A stretch of 64,000 nucleotides of DNA from Terriglobia bacterium (GCA_963695545.1 OY968796.1:4000001-4064000), one strand, 5' to 3'. Shown: positions 20,329-29,631, counted from the first letter of the stretch. Notes: a model not told the origin generated them from the sequence alone. Translations and numbers: made by a program.

Positions 20329-21078
20329 TTACCCGTGAACTCGAAATTCGCTGAAGCTCAAGACAACGTGGCCGCCCGCCGTGGGCCGGCCGAAACTCAA
20401 TTCCGGACGGAAGCGCGAAAACAACATCACCTGGTCGAGTTCGCGCCGCAAGGCCTTGTTCGTCGGCCCGGAAAGAATCCGATAGCTCGCCGCTTCGCCG
20501 TCCGCGTTCACCGTGGCTTCCACCATCAGCACGTGCGAGGTCCCGTGGCTTGCGTCTTCGATTCCAGTCATCGGGAACTCGGCGAGCGATTCAAGCCGCG
20601 CCGGCTGCAATAGACTGGTCGGAGCATCGTTGGTCACCGCTTGCAACGGCGCGCCCAAACCCAGCACCTGGCACACGATCGCGAAAACCGTGAGCGCCAC
20701 CGCCAGCCCGCCCGTCACCGGCAGCGCCAGAGGCTCAAGGATATTCTTCGCCACGATTTCGCAGCGATCGCGCCATCTGCGCAGTTTCGCGCCCGCGACG
20801 GAGAAGTAACCCGCCGCGCCGGACACGCCAGCCGCGCCGTTTCGCGCGCGCGTCTCGCTCAAACGTACGCGAATGCGCGCCGCCAAATCCGCCGGCGGAG
20901 CGGGACGTTCCACGCGCGCCATCAGCGCCGAAAGTTTCTGATAGCGCTCAAGCTCTTCCCGGCACCCGGCGCACGATTCCAAATGATGACCGACGCGCCC
21001 GTGATCGTTTGCGCGCGACTCCGGCAAGGCGCCATCAAGATAGCCCGCCAATAGACCTTTCACTTCGGCGCAATTCAT
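20329..21078 (-). CDS. Zinc-finger (zf-HC2) anti-sigma factor with TM helix and TonB-C-like periplasmic domain
   Basis: MNC..YLDG..HLESCAGC (HxxxCxxC), TM helix, VEATVNADG..ILSGP..FRPELSFGRP. Confidence 0.85.
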   Translation of the reverse strand: MNCAEVKGLLAGYLDGALPESRANDHGRVGHHLESCAGCREELERYQKLSALMARVERPAPPADLAARIRVRLSETRARNGAAGVSGAAGYFSVAGAKLRRWRDRCEIVAKNILEPLALPVTGGLAVALTVFAIVCQVLGLGAPLQAVTNDAPTSLLQPARLESLAEFPMTGIEDASHGTSHVLMVEATVNADGEAASYRILSGPTNKALRRELDQVMLFSRFRPELSFGRPTAGGHVVLSFSEFRVHG

Positions 21079-21821
21079 CGCGAACCTCCGCGCGGCGATG
21101 CGAACGCCCGCAACCCGCCCTGCGCGGTGCGCACAGCCTGAAACGAATGTTGCCTGAACCCAACGCTGCTTCCGGCAACATGCGATCGGCGTTCCGCGCG
21201 CGCCGCCTCAGCGGCGCACGGCCGCTCGACCAGCGGCGCAAGTATCTCGCGCAGCGCCTGCCGCCCGCGCAGAATTCGCGATTTCACCGTGCCCACGGAA
21301 ACATCCAGCACTTCGGCCACCTCTTCGTAGCTCAACCCTTCAAGATCCCGCAGAATCACCGCGCCGCGAAAAACTTCCGGCACCTGATGCAGCCCGCGCC
21401 GCACCATCGCTTGCGTCTCGGCGCTTTCGGCCAGATCGAGCGGCGATTCGCCCGGATCCTCGATCTCCATCGTCTGCGGACTACCCTCGCAATCGATCTC
21501 GAGCGAAGTCTGCCGCCGATGATGCCGCCACCACCACCGCCGCGCGTTCAGCGCCTCGCGCACCGCGATGCGATACAACCACGTGCGCAGCGAACTCCCG
21601 CGCCGAAAATTTCCCAGTCCGCGAAACGCCTTCAGAAAAACTTCCTGCGTGATGTCGCCGGCTTCGCCCGCATCGCCTACAAGTCCAGCTATCAGCCCGA
21701 ACACCGGGCCGTGATAGTGCGTAACCAGCCAGTCGAACGCCGACTCCGAGCCGCCTTGCAGCTCGGTCACCAGGTCGGCTTCGTCCTGCGGCCACGAAAG
21801 GACGTGCGCCAGGTCCGACAC
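21075..21821 (-). CDS. ECF RNA polymerase sigma factor
   Basis: DITQEVFLKAFR, LRTWLYRIA, LRDLEGLSYEEVAEVLDVSVGTVKSRILRGR. Confidence 0.93.
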   Translation of the reverse strand: MSDLAHVLSWPQDEADLVTELQGGSESAFDWLVTHYHGPVFGLIAGLVGDAGEAGDITQEVFLKAFRGLGNFRRGSSLRTWLYRIAVREALNARRWWWRHHRRQTSLEIDCEGSPQTMEIEDPGESPLDLAESAETQAMVRRGLHQVPEVFRGAVILRDLEGLSYEEVAEVLDVSVGTVKSRILRGRQALREILAPLVERPCAAEAARAERRSHVAGSSVGFRQHSFQAVRTAQGGLRAFASPRGGSR

Positions 21822-22216
21822 GCTTGCCGCCTTCTGCCCGCCGGCGTCGCTAACGGAGCTGCCGATCGCGGGCCTTGCTGAATCCGCCTGATGCCCAGAC
21901 TCAGAAGCGCGGTTTATGGCAGCTACTCGGCTGCCGACTGCTCCTGAACATTAGACACCGGTTCGAGCGAAAATGTTTCCCAGCCTGTCGCATTCGCTCG
22001 GCCCATTCTCTCTCCGTCGGCCGCGCAAGATCAATGGTACACAGGGGCCGGTACTGGCTTCGCCCCTGCGCATCGCCAAAATCGTGCTACTCTCGGCCAA
22101 TCCGAGCGCGCCCCAAGGTACCATTCCGCTCTCGGCGCCTTACAGCCCTTTATGTATGGACACACGCAAGCGAAACAGGTAAATAATCCGGCTCAGCAGG
22201 AAAGGAGACTCGAAAT

Positions 22217-22726
22217 ATGAAAAAAGTATTGAGTTTTTCCACGGCCCTCATATTTCTTGCCGCGATGTCGCTCTACGCGCAGCACCACCACGCCGGCAAC
22301 GGTGGCCACGCGCCACCGCCGCCCCCGCGCCGCGAAGCCGCCGCCGCACCTGAGGCCGAACACACGCGCGATGGCCGCATGGACGCGAGCCAGCACGTCA
22401 GCAATAACCACTGGTACGGCCATCCCGCCGCCAACGACACGCGCTTCCATCTCGACCACCCCTTCCCGCACGGCCACTTCAGGGACGTTGGCCCCGGTCA
22501 CCGCTTCGGCGTGACGCGCATTGACGTCAATGCGCACCAATTCTGGTTCGGCGGCGGCTACGGCTTTGAAATCGCCGCGTGGGATTGGGATCTCGCCTCC
22601 GGCTGGTGCTGGACCACCTGCGGCGACGAATTCGTCGTCTACCTCGATCCCGATCATCCAGGCTGGTATCTCCTCTACAACATGGATACCGGCGCCTACG
22701 TGCACGTGCAATATATCGGCGGATAG
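22217..22726 (+). CDS. Hypothetical secreted His/Trp-rich protein
   Basis: AAGGAG RBS, signal peptide, His-rich N-region. Confidence 0.75.
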   Translation: MKKVLSFSTALIFLAAMSLYAQHHHAGNGGHAPPPPPRREAAAAPEAEHTRDGRMDASQHVSNNHWYGHPAANDTRFHLDHPFPHGHFRDVGPGHRFGVTRIDVNAHQFWFGGGYGFEIAAWDWDLASGWCWTTCGDEFVVYLDPDHPGWYLLYNMDTGAYVHVQYIGG

Positions 22727-22945
22727 CTCCACACAACGCAATTGACACCACCGGCCTCGCCGCGTCGTCGCAATCCACGCGCCGCGCGAGGCCGGTTTCG
22801 TTCTTGCGCGTTTCCTTTCGCTGGTTATGATGAATCGCCGCCGCGTCGCGCTATTTGCTCTTACGGCGGAAGGCGGGCCACAACTCGCGTATCCGCTGGA
22901 GCAGCCCGCAAAATGGAAAACCGCGTTCGACTAAAGGAGTCAGCA

Positions 22946-23341
22946 ATGGAAATCAAAAGAGCCGGCTCGCAACCCTCTGCCAAGGCAACCTCCGAATGGT
23001 TCACTGGCGCCGTACGCATCGATCCGCTTTTTCAAGCACCCGACCCCGCGCTGTTTCAAGTTCTCAGCGTAACCTTCGAGCCGGGCGCGCGGAACGCCTG
23101 GCACACCCATCCGCTCGGTCAAACTCTCATCGTCACCGCCGGCTGCGGCTGGGCTCAACGCGAAGGCGGACCGATCGAAGAGATCCGCCCCGGTGATGTG
23201 ATCTGGTTCTCCCCCGGCGAAAAGCATTGGCACGGCGCCACGCCCACCACGGCCATGACGCACATCGCCGTTCAGGAACGCAAGGACGGCCAGATCGTCA
23301 ACTGGATGGAAAAAGTCACCGACGCGCAATACCGCAAATAA
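22946..23341 (+). CDS. Cupin-domain protein
   Basis: [25 protein letters not shown] and EKHWHGA cupin motifs. Confidence 0.9.
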   Translation: MEIKRAGSQPSAKATSEWFTGAVRIDPLFQAPDPALFQVLSVTFEPGARNAWHTHPLGQTLIVTAGCGWAQREGGPIEEIRPGDVIWFSPGEKHWHGATPTTAMTHIAVQERKDGQIVNWMEKVTDAQYRK

Positions 23342-23360
23342 TTTCGCCGCTTCGGCGCTC

Positions 23361-24065
23361 TTACTTATTCAGAAACCCATCGTCGAATTTAATGCTCGCG
23401 TGCGCCCCGTTGCAAAACGGTTTGTTCTCAGACGCGCCGCATCGGCACAGCGTCACGCGGTTCCGCTTTTCGTATCGTTTCCCGTCGTGCGATTCAACCG
23501 TGATTCCCCCGCGCACCCAGAGCGGCCCACTGCATCCCATCGCCGGATCTTCCACCACCCCAATTGAGGCCGGCAGCGGGTCCTCGATTTCTTCGTCCGT
23601 CTTCTTGTCGTGCAGCACCAGTCGCCCCGATGGACAATGCATCGCCTCGCGAATCACCAGTTCACGCACTTCAGGCTCATCGGTCCGCGCCATCAGCGAC
23701 CAAATCTTCCCTCCCGCATCGCAGAAACGCGCAAACGCGCACAAATTTTCAGCGTCGCTCAGCACCAAAGCCGCCCCATCGATCGTTTCCGCTTGCCGCG
23801 CGTAAGGCTCGCGGCTCGCGGTCTCGCGCCCATCGAATCCGATTTGAGTATGCGAGCCATCGCAGAATGGTTTGCTCTTCGATTGACCGCACCGGCAAAG
23901 CGCGTAGCTGGATTTCCCGTCAAACGCCTTCCCTTCCTTCCACTCCCACGAAAATCCCTCCGCGTTCGCAGTGATCGTCTGAATCGCGATCGGCACTCCT
24001 CCCGAAACCACGTACGGCCCATCCTTGCTCACCACAATCTTTTTCCCCTGCGTCTGCTCCGTCAT
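23361..24065 (-). CDS. CDGSH iron-sulfur domain protein (two CDGSH-type domains flanking a divergent ferredoxin-like segment)
   Basis: LCRCGQSKSKPFCDGSH, CAFARFC..CPSG, LCRCGASENKPFCNGAH. Confidence 0.9.
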   Translation of the reverse strand: MTEQTQGKKIVVSKDGPYVVSGGVPIAIQTITANAEGFSWEWKEGKAFDGKSSYALCRCGQSKSKPFCDGSHTQIGFDGRETASREPYARQAETIDGAALVLSDAENLCAFARFCDAGGKIWSLMARTDEPEVRELVIREAMHCPSGRLVLHDKKTDEEIEDPLPASIGVVEDPAMGCSGPLWVRGGITVESHDGKRYEKRNRVTLCRCGASENKPFCNGAHASIKFDDGFLNK

Positions 24066-24176
24066 CAGCGTCCCTCCGTCACCACTCCCGCGTCTCTTCG
24101 GCCGGTGCCCCGCCTTCCGCGCACCGCAAAAGATCGTACACCTTCACGGCAAAAGCCGCGCCACCCGCCGTAATGC

Positions 24177-24906
24177 TGTCATCCCGAACCCGGTCGCCCG
24201 CCTTCGGCGAACGCCGGTGAGGGATCTGCTTTTGCCGTTTCCGCCCCTAGCCACAATCGCCGCTAACGCCCCGCCGACCGCACACTACAAAACCGTCATT
24301 CTGAGCGAAGAGGCGACTCTTTTCCCGTCGTCCGCGTCCCGCGGACGAGTCGCCTCGCAGTCGAAGAACCCCTCCTCGCCTTGCCTTTTTCCCGCCGTCG
24401 GTTTTGCCTCCCGCCCGTTCCCCCCTCCCGCCCTCCTCCGATCGTTGTCATCCCGAACCCGGTCGCCCGCCTTCGGCGAACGACGGTGAGGGATCTGCTT
24501 TTTGCTTTTCCCGCCGCTAACGCCCCATCGCTCTCTCTCCCGTTGGTCATCCCGAGCGAGTCCGCCGTGGCGGACGACGAGGGACCTCTCAGCCGCACTT
24601 CTCCTAACGTTGTCATCCCGAACCCGGTCGCCCACCTTCGGCGAACGCCGGTGAGGGATCTGCTTTTGCTTTTCCCGCCGCTAACGCCCCATCGCTCTCT
24701 CTCCCGTTGGTCATCCCGAGCGAGTCCGCCGTGGCGGACGACGAGGGACCTCTCAGCCGCACTTCTCCTAACGTTGTCATCCCGAACCCGGTCGCCCGCC
24801 TTCGGCGAACGCCGGTGAGGGATCTGCTTTTGCTTTTCCCGCCGCTAACGCCCCATCGCCCCAATATCCCACTGGTCATCCCGAGGAGTCCTCGACGAGG
24901 GATCTC
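24177..24906. repeat. BIME-like array of GTCATC-type palindromic (REP-like) units, including a 164-165 bp tandem repeat
   Basis: Unit A (TGTCATCCCGAACCCGGTCGCC..GGCGAACGCCGGTGAGGGATCTGC) at 24177, 24446, 24611, 24775; unit B (GGTCATCCCGAGCGAGTCCGCCGTGGCGGACGACGAGGGACC) at 24545, 24709; variants at 24295 and 24874. Confidence 0.92.
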
Positions 24907-24943
24907 TCTTTCATCCTCTTAATTTACTCACGATCTGATTTAA

Positions 24944-25110
24944 GCCCCGTAGGGGCAGCACATTTTAGCCCAGGGCGTAAGCCCTGGGTAACGTAACGAA
25001 CAAACTCGTCGCAGCACCGCTCTGCCGAAGGCCGTCGCGAAGGTCGAAGACCGTAGCGACATTCTGGAGGGTGGCCGGCCCGCCCTGCGCATCCCGCAAG
25101 GGACGGGTCA
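24944..25110. repeat. Cluster of other REP-like hairpins
   Basis: GCCCCGTAGGGGC (24944-24956), CCCAGGGC-gtaa-GCCCTGGG (24969-24988), GGGTGGCC..-type hairpin from 25069. Confidence 0.65.
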
Positions 25111-25209
25111 ACTCGCGTCATAGGCTGCGCTATCCGCCCATAACTTGACCGAATTGAATTGCCGGAGGTTCATTGCATCGAGACGTAAGTTATGAGATAT
25201 CATCTCAGG

Positions 25210-25740
25210 ATGACTGAAGCGGACTTTGATTTCTCACATATCGATCCGATCACCTTGCAGCGGACGGTCGTTCAACTGAAAAGCACTTCAGCACCTACCG
25301 CTGAACGTATCGCTCGGTACTTACAGTCGTTTAGTGCCGGCGAAAAGACTCTCCCGCCCATCATCTTTCTCGGGTTGATTGCACGTGATGCGAAACTTGT
25401 ACGCGAGATCCCACTGGACTCGGCAATCGAAAAACGAACTCTCGGCTCGAAGCGTGTCGCCGGACCGTTGAGATGGGGCCTCGAGCTTATTCGGGACATC
25501 TTGGTGGAACTTCGGAAAATCATTTGCGGTCCCAGAAAGACGCCCTCCAAATTGGGGCCCATTTCCGAAGTCTCGATAGGAGCGATCGCGGCGTACATCG
25601 CCAAGCGGTTTCACATGGAGTCGGCCACCGCGCACGGTATTGCGCTGGTGATCCTCCTAAACCTGGGCCGAGCCGCAAAGAATGCGTTCTGTAAAAAGAC
25701 GGACGCCGAAATTCTTGCTGCCCTTGCTGAAACTGGATGA
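25210..25740 (+). CDS. Hypothetical protein (atypical composition)
   Basis: ~176-codon ORF with visibly more A/T-ending codons than core genes; TATCAT hexamer 6 nt before the ATG. Confidence 0.6.
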   Translation: MTEADFDFSHIDPITLQRTVVQLKSTSAPTAERIARYLQSFSAGEKTLPPIIFLGLIARDAKLVREIPLDSAIEKRTLGSKRVAGPLRWGLELIRDILVELRKIICGPRKTPSKLGPISEVSIGAIAAYIAKRFHMESATAHGIALVILLNLGRAAKNAFCKKTDAEILAALAETG

Positions 25741-25847
25741 CCCCAAAGCTTGGCGCGCGGTGAATGGCCTACGCTTTGCTGCCGGAAAAGATCGGCCCCC
25801 ACGTCAGACGCGGCGCAATCCGCGACACAGGGGACGGAACCGGCAGG

Positions 25848-26579
25848 CTAGTTTTCATCATTATAGGCCCCGCAATAAGCCCAGATGACCACTCCTCCGG
25901 GCTCCGGGGGCTGAAGTACCCCGCAATAATGACGAACGTGGGTGCCCGAATCATCGCGATACGTAAGTTCCACCGCCACGTAAACCACCCGCCGGCCGTA
26001 AACGAAATTGTCGTAATCCTCCGGAGAAACGATCGGTCCGTGTGCGGTCACCCATTCCTTGTCACCATTCGCCAACGTGACACTGCCCGCCGGGGGCTCG
26101 GACACTTTCATTTTCTCGAATCGATCCAACGCGTCATTCTCGCTCGTGGGTGACATATCCGGTTCAATGAATGCAGCCTTGCGATACGCAACATTCGCGG
26201 CCACGCCAGGACCGACGTTCCCATACACGACGTTAAAAGACAGCGGGTCATTTATTTGCAAGAAGTCCGCTCGATGATCCCCATTCCCAGACACCCAGGA
26301 AGAGGCTGAACCCAGGCTTCCATAAACCGGAAAAGTTCCGAAAGTAAAGTGAGCGTGCTCCCGAGGCGTTCGATAGGCCATCGTCACTACCAAAATTACC
26401 CCAAGCAGTCCCGCTAAAATGAACGCGATATCGTACAGCACCATTTTTCGTACTTTATTTTTATCGTCCGAAGCAATCGGGTGCATGGTCATGCGCCACC
26501 CCAAGTAGCTGCCAATGAATTGGCAAACACTTGCGCCCGCGGCTATAACGATGGTCCAGTTGATAATCGGCCAACCCAT
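25848..26579 (-). CDS. Hypothetical membrane protein (2 N-terminal TM helices plus soluble beta-rich domain)
   Basis: GGAGG RBS, upstream TAGAAT, two hydrophobic segments; lower GC than core genes. Confidence 0.7.
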   Translation of the reverse strand: MGWPIINWTIVIAAGASVCQFIGSYLGWRMTMHPIASDDKNKVRKMVLYDIAFILAGLLGVILVVTMAYRTPREHAHFTFGTFPVYGSLGSASSWVSGNGDHRADFLQINDPLSFNVVYGNVGPGVAANVAYRKAAFIEPDMSPTSENDALDRFEKMKVSEPPAGSVTLANGDKEWVTAHGPIVSPEDYDNFVYGRRVVYVAVELTYRDDSGTHVRHYCGVLQPPEPGGVVIWAYCGAYNDEN

Positions 26580-26736
26580 AAAATGTACCTCCGCCTGACC
26601 CGCCCCGAATTCTAGTCCAAAAAAGGATGGGATGTCGGACGACGCAGGGCCGCGTGTGGCCCATCCTTTACGGCGGAAACGGCGAGCCTAGCCCATTCCA
26701 TTCGAATTGACTTTTCGAATAGCTCATAAATATCTG

Positions 26737-26766
26737 TTGACAGTGTAGTATTATCCGTGCTAACCT
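26737..26766 (+). promoter_or_regulatory. Putative sigma70 promoter
   Basis: TTGACA-18 nt-TAACCT with a TG extended -10. Confidence 0.5.
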
Positions 26767-26859
26767 TCCGTGTGACCTCGAAACGCACACCTTCGTCGCT
26801 GAATCTGCGGGCAACGTGCCCCGCTCGCCGGCGCAATCTGTCCCCGCCCGCGCCGATCC

Positions 26860-27043
26860 CGTCCGCCGAACGTCGGTGGCCAGCGCGTTCCGCGAGTCCC
26901 GATCCAGTCGAGACGAGTGCTCCGCCCGAGTCCCGACGAGTCGGGGACAACTTTCCGTCCGTAGGGCGCGGAGCCCGCCTGTCGCCTGCCTGCCGGCAGG
27001 CAGGGCAGGCGCGGTTGTCTCCGTCCGTCCTGCTCGGCCCACC
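26860..27043. repeat. Cluster of nested REP-like palindromes
   Basis: CCCGAC-ga-GTCGGG; a GTAGGGCG..GCCCACC unit containing the perfect 20-bp palindrome CCTGCCTGCCGGCAGGCAGG (26985-27004). Confidence 0.7.
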
Positions 27044-27660
27044 AAATATCCTCGACACCTCTCACTCGATGTGCACCCTTATGTCAAAAATCGCCCCTCC
27101 AAGTTATTTATTTTCAATCGATTGCAAAAGAGTGCGCATCTCATTGAAAAAAATGGCTTTCAAGCTGCTGTATTTTCACACTCATCCGCACTCTTTCGCT
27201 GCAAGTCCTTTGCTTGCCATACTTACGCAAAACATACCGGGGGTGTATATACGCATCCCCTGTTCCGAGCCTCCTCGGCGCGCCCGCACCGCGCATGGCC
27301 GCCACATTTTACCTCCGGGATCACGTCGTGGACGCATGGCGTCGACCGCAGAAGCCAGCGCCACGAGCGGTTCTGTAGCGCAAGCCGGAGCCTGTCCCGA
27401 CTCAGTCGAGAGGCTGGCAGCACTTGTTCGTGCCATGCACAACCGCGGCGCGATACCGCTCAACCGCGCGAAACCCTCAGGCATGAGAGCCGTCACCACG
27501 ATGCGTCGCAGCACATGTCAAATGGAGCACGCTGGTACCGAAGTACCATGGCCGCTAAACCTCACTGCGCCAAAAATGAACTTGTCTACGCTCTTGCCCC
27601 GCTTGGCAGCGGATGTTTCAACCGAACCCTTTGCGCTCGTCGCAGGAGACGCAACCGATC

Positions 27661-29631
27661 ATGAGTTCGCGAACCGCCGATCTTCACACTACGCCGCCGT
27701 CCCCCGCCGGCAATGCGCCTGGCTTCTCGCGCCCCAATCCGGTCTGCACCGAAATCGGCGTCTCTGTGCAAGGATCGGCTCACACCGCGGCCGGTGGCCA
27801 GGCCTCTCAACCATTTCTCGAGCAAACTTCCACCGTAATCGTCTTCGAGCAAGGCGCCGTCGTGCGCCTCTCCGAGAGCGTCACGCCCGGCCAGATTCTG
27901 ATCGTCAGGCATTTGCGCACCAACGACGAAGCCGCGTGCCGCGTCGTCAGCGTCAAGACCAATCCCAACGTGAAGGGCTACGTCGAACTCGAATTCCTGC
28001 AGCCCTCTCCCAACTTCTGGGAAATGCAGTTCCCCGCCGCGAGCGGCACGAAGACTCCCAGCGTCGGCGTCGCGCGCCCCGTGCCTCTTGCGACTCCGAA
28101 CCGCAGGGAGACCGACGCGACCCCGCACCGCGCGGAGCACGTTGCTTCAGAGCTCCCGAAAATCGCCGTCCCCAAGCCCGCTTCGCCTGCGCCCGCGCCG
28201 CGTTACACGCCGCCTCCTTCGGAAGAAGGCACGGGAGTAACCGGCCCAGGCCTCACGTTCCTTCCCGATTTGCTCGATTCGCTGGGCCTGCCTGCGGATG
28301 CCAAGCCGCGCGCCCCCGAATCCGCCACGCGGCCGGAAACTCCGCGATCCGCTTCACAAAAAGAAACTGCGCCCGCGAAGCCGTTTGTCGCGCCCTGGGC
28401 TGCCGCTCCTGCCGCGCCCAAGTCGGATGTCGCGAAGGGCGTTCCTCAGTCCGCGGACGGACGGTACGTTTCCGATCTGCTCGATACGCTCACTCCGATC
28501 GGCGAAACGATTTTGCGCGAGAAGCCCAAGAGCGCCGTGTCTCTGTCTCAGCCTCAGATCGCGCCACACGCTCCCGGAATTGCGAAGCCTTCATTCCCGC
28601 CGCCCTCACCGGTGAAGTCCTCCGCGGTCAGCTATGTCGAACCCACAGTGACGGAAAGTGTTCTCTCGCCGACGGCGCATCCCGCGCACGTCGCAACGCA
28701 CTCGAATCTTTCGGTCAATTCGGCGACCATCGCGTCGGAAGTTGCGCCGCTGCTGAATTCCGGCGGCGACGTGGCTTCGCGCGGTCAATTGCTGGGCGGA
28801 GATTTGGATCTCGCGGCGGCGAAGCCGGGCTTCCCGGCGTCCATGCGCGTTCTCGCCATTGCCGCGGCCGTCGCTCTCTTGCTGGCTGCCGGAGTTGGCG
28901 TGTATCGCTGGGGGAAGAAGTCCGGACCCGGCGCAAATCTCGCGGCTTCAAGCCAGCCGGCATCAAGCGCCGCGGCCAATGGTCCTGTCTCACCCGCGCC
29001 ATCGCCCGTTGCAGAAATCTCCACTCCCTCGGTGATCGTCTCCGCCACGCCCGAAGCGCCGGCCGCTGCGAACGATTCGCGCGCCGCCGCTCAACCGAGC
29101 ACGCATCCGGCCTCGGCCTCGGCTCCAGCATCGGCTAGCGCTCCCGCAATCGCGCACGCCGCGCCTCCGCCACCGGCTCCGCGCGGCCCCGCCGTCGCCG
29201 GCACGAAAATGTCGGCTCCGACAGTGGAGACGCACGCAACCGATCAAGCCGCGCCCTCGATCGCCGCCGACGTGCCGAACACCGTCCAGAACGCATCCGC
29301 CGCCGGCATTCTTGGCGAATCTCAATCGAGCGGCCCGGCAGCGCCCCCGCCGGCTCGAGTCTCTTCCGGCGCGCAAGAGCCGCGCCTGCTCTCGTCCAAC
29401 GCGCCAATTTATCCGTACGCCGCTAAGGCCGAGCGCGTGCAAGGCGACGTCTCCGTCGACGTTCTGGTCAACGAGCTCGGCCAAGTCGCCGGCATGACAG
29501 TTCTATCGGGCCCGCCCCTGCTCCGCCCGGCTGCCCTCGATGCGCTCCGCCATCGCAAGTACGCCCCCGCCATGCTCGACGGCAAGCCGACCACCGCCCA
29601 CATCGTGGTGGTCATTCACTTCCAGCTGTAG
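27661..29631 (+). CDS. TonB-family protein with N-terminal PilZ-like domain, long Pro-rich linker and TM helix
   Basis: AGGAG RBS; F.EQT.TVIVFEQGAVV..GQ.L..CRVV..VELEF..NFW; C-terminal PIYPYAAKAERVQGDV.V..G..AALDAL..Y.PAMLDGKP. Confidence 0.82.
   Translation: MSSRTADLHTTPPSPAGNAPGFSRPNPVCTEIGVSVQGSAHTAAGGQASQPFLEQTSTVIVFEQGAVVRLSESVTPGQILIVRHLRTNDEAACRVVSVKTNPNVKGYVELEFLQPSPNFWEMQFPAASGTKTPSVGVARPVPLATPNRRETDATPHRAEHVASELPKIAVPKPASPAPAPRYTPPPSEEGTGVTGPGLTFLPDLLDSLGLPADAKPRAPESATRPETPRSASQKETAPAKPFVAPWAAAPAAPKSDVAKGVPQSADGRYVSDLLDTLTPIGETILREKPKSAVSLSQPQIAPHAPGIAKPSFPPPSPVKSSAVSYVEPTVTESVLSPTAHPAHVATHSNLSVNSATIASEVAPLLNSGGDVASRGQLLGGDLDLAAAKPGFPASMRVLAIAAAVALLLAAGVGVYRWGKKSGPGANLAASSQPASSAAANGPVSPAPSPVAEISTPSVIVSATPEAPAAANDSRAAAQPSTHPASASAPASASAPAIAHAAPPPPAPRGPAVAGTKMSAPTVETHATDQAAPSIAADVPNTVQNASAAGILGESQSSGPAAPPPARVSSGAQEPRLLSSNAPIYPYAAKAERVQGDVSVDVLVNELGQVAGMTVLSGPPLLRPAALDALRHRKYAPAMLDGKPTTAHIVVVIHFQL

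Noticed and set aside
24177..24906. CRISPR array
   Set aside because: Inter-repeat sequences are themselves repeated rather than unique spacers, units are 40-80 bp hairpins, and no cas genes are in the window.
24025..24922. Several 70-150 aa ORFs with repeated VIPNPVARLRR peptides
   Set aside because: Translations of the palindromic repeat array; no RBS or protein-like features.
27233..27250. Second CsoR operator (ATACCGGGGGTGTAT)
   Set aside because: Imperfect dyad, far from copper genes; better explained as the end of the AT-rich element.
26757..29138. 793-aa plus-strand ORF
   Set aside because: Runs through repeat DNA and then out of frame over the TonB-family gene; Arg/Ala-rich shadow composition.
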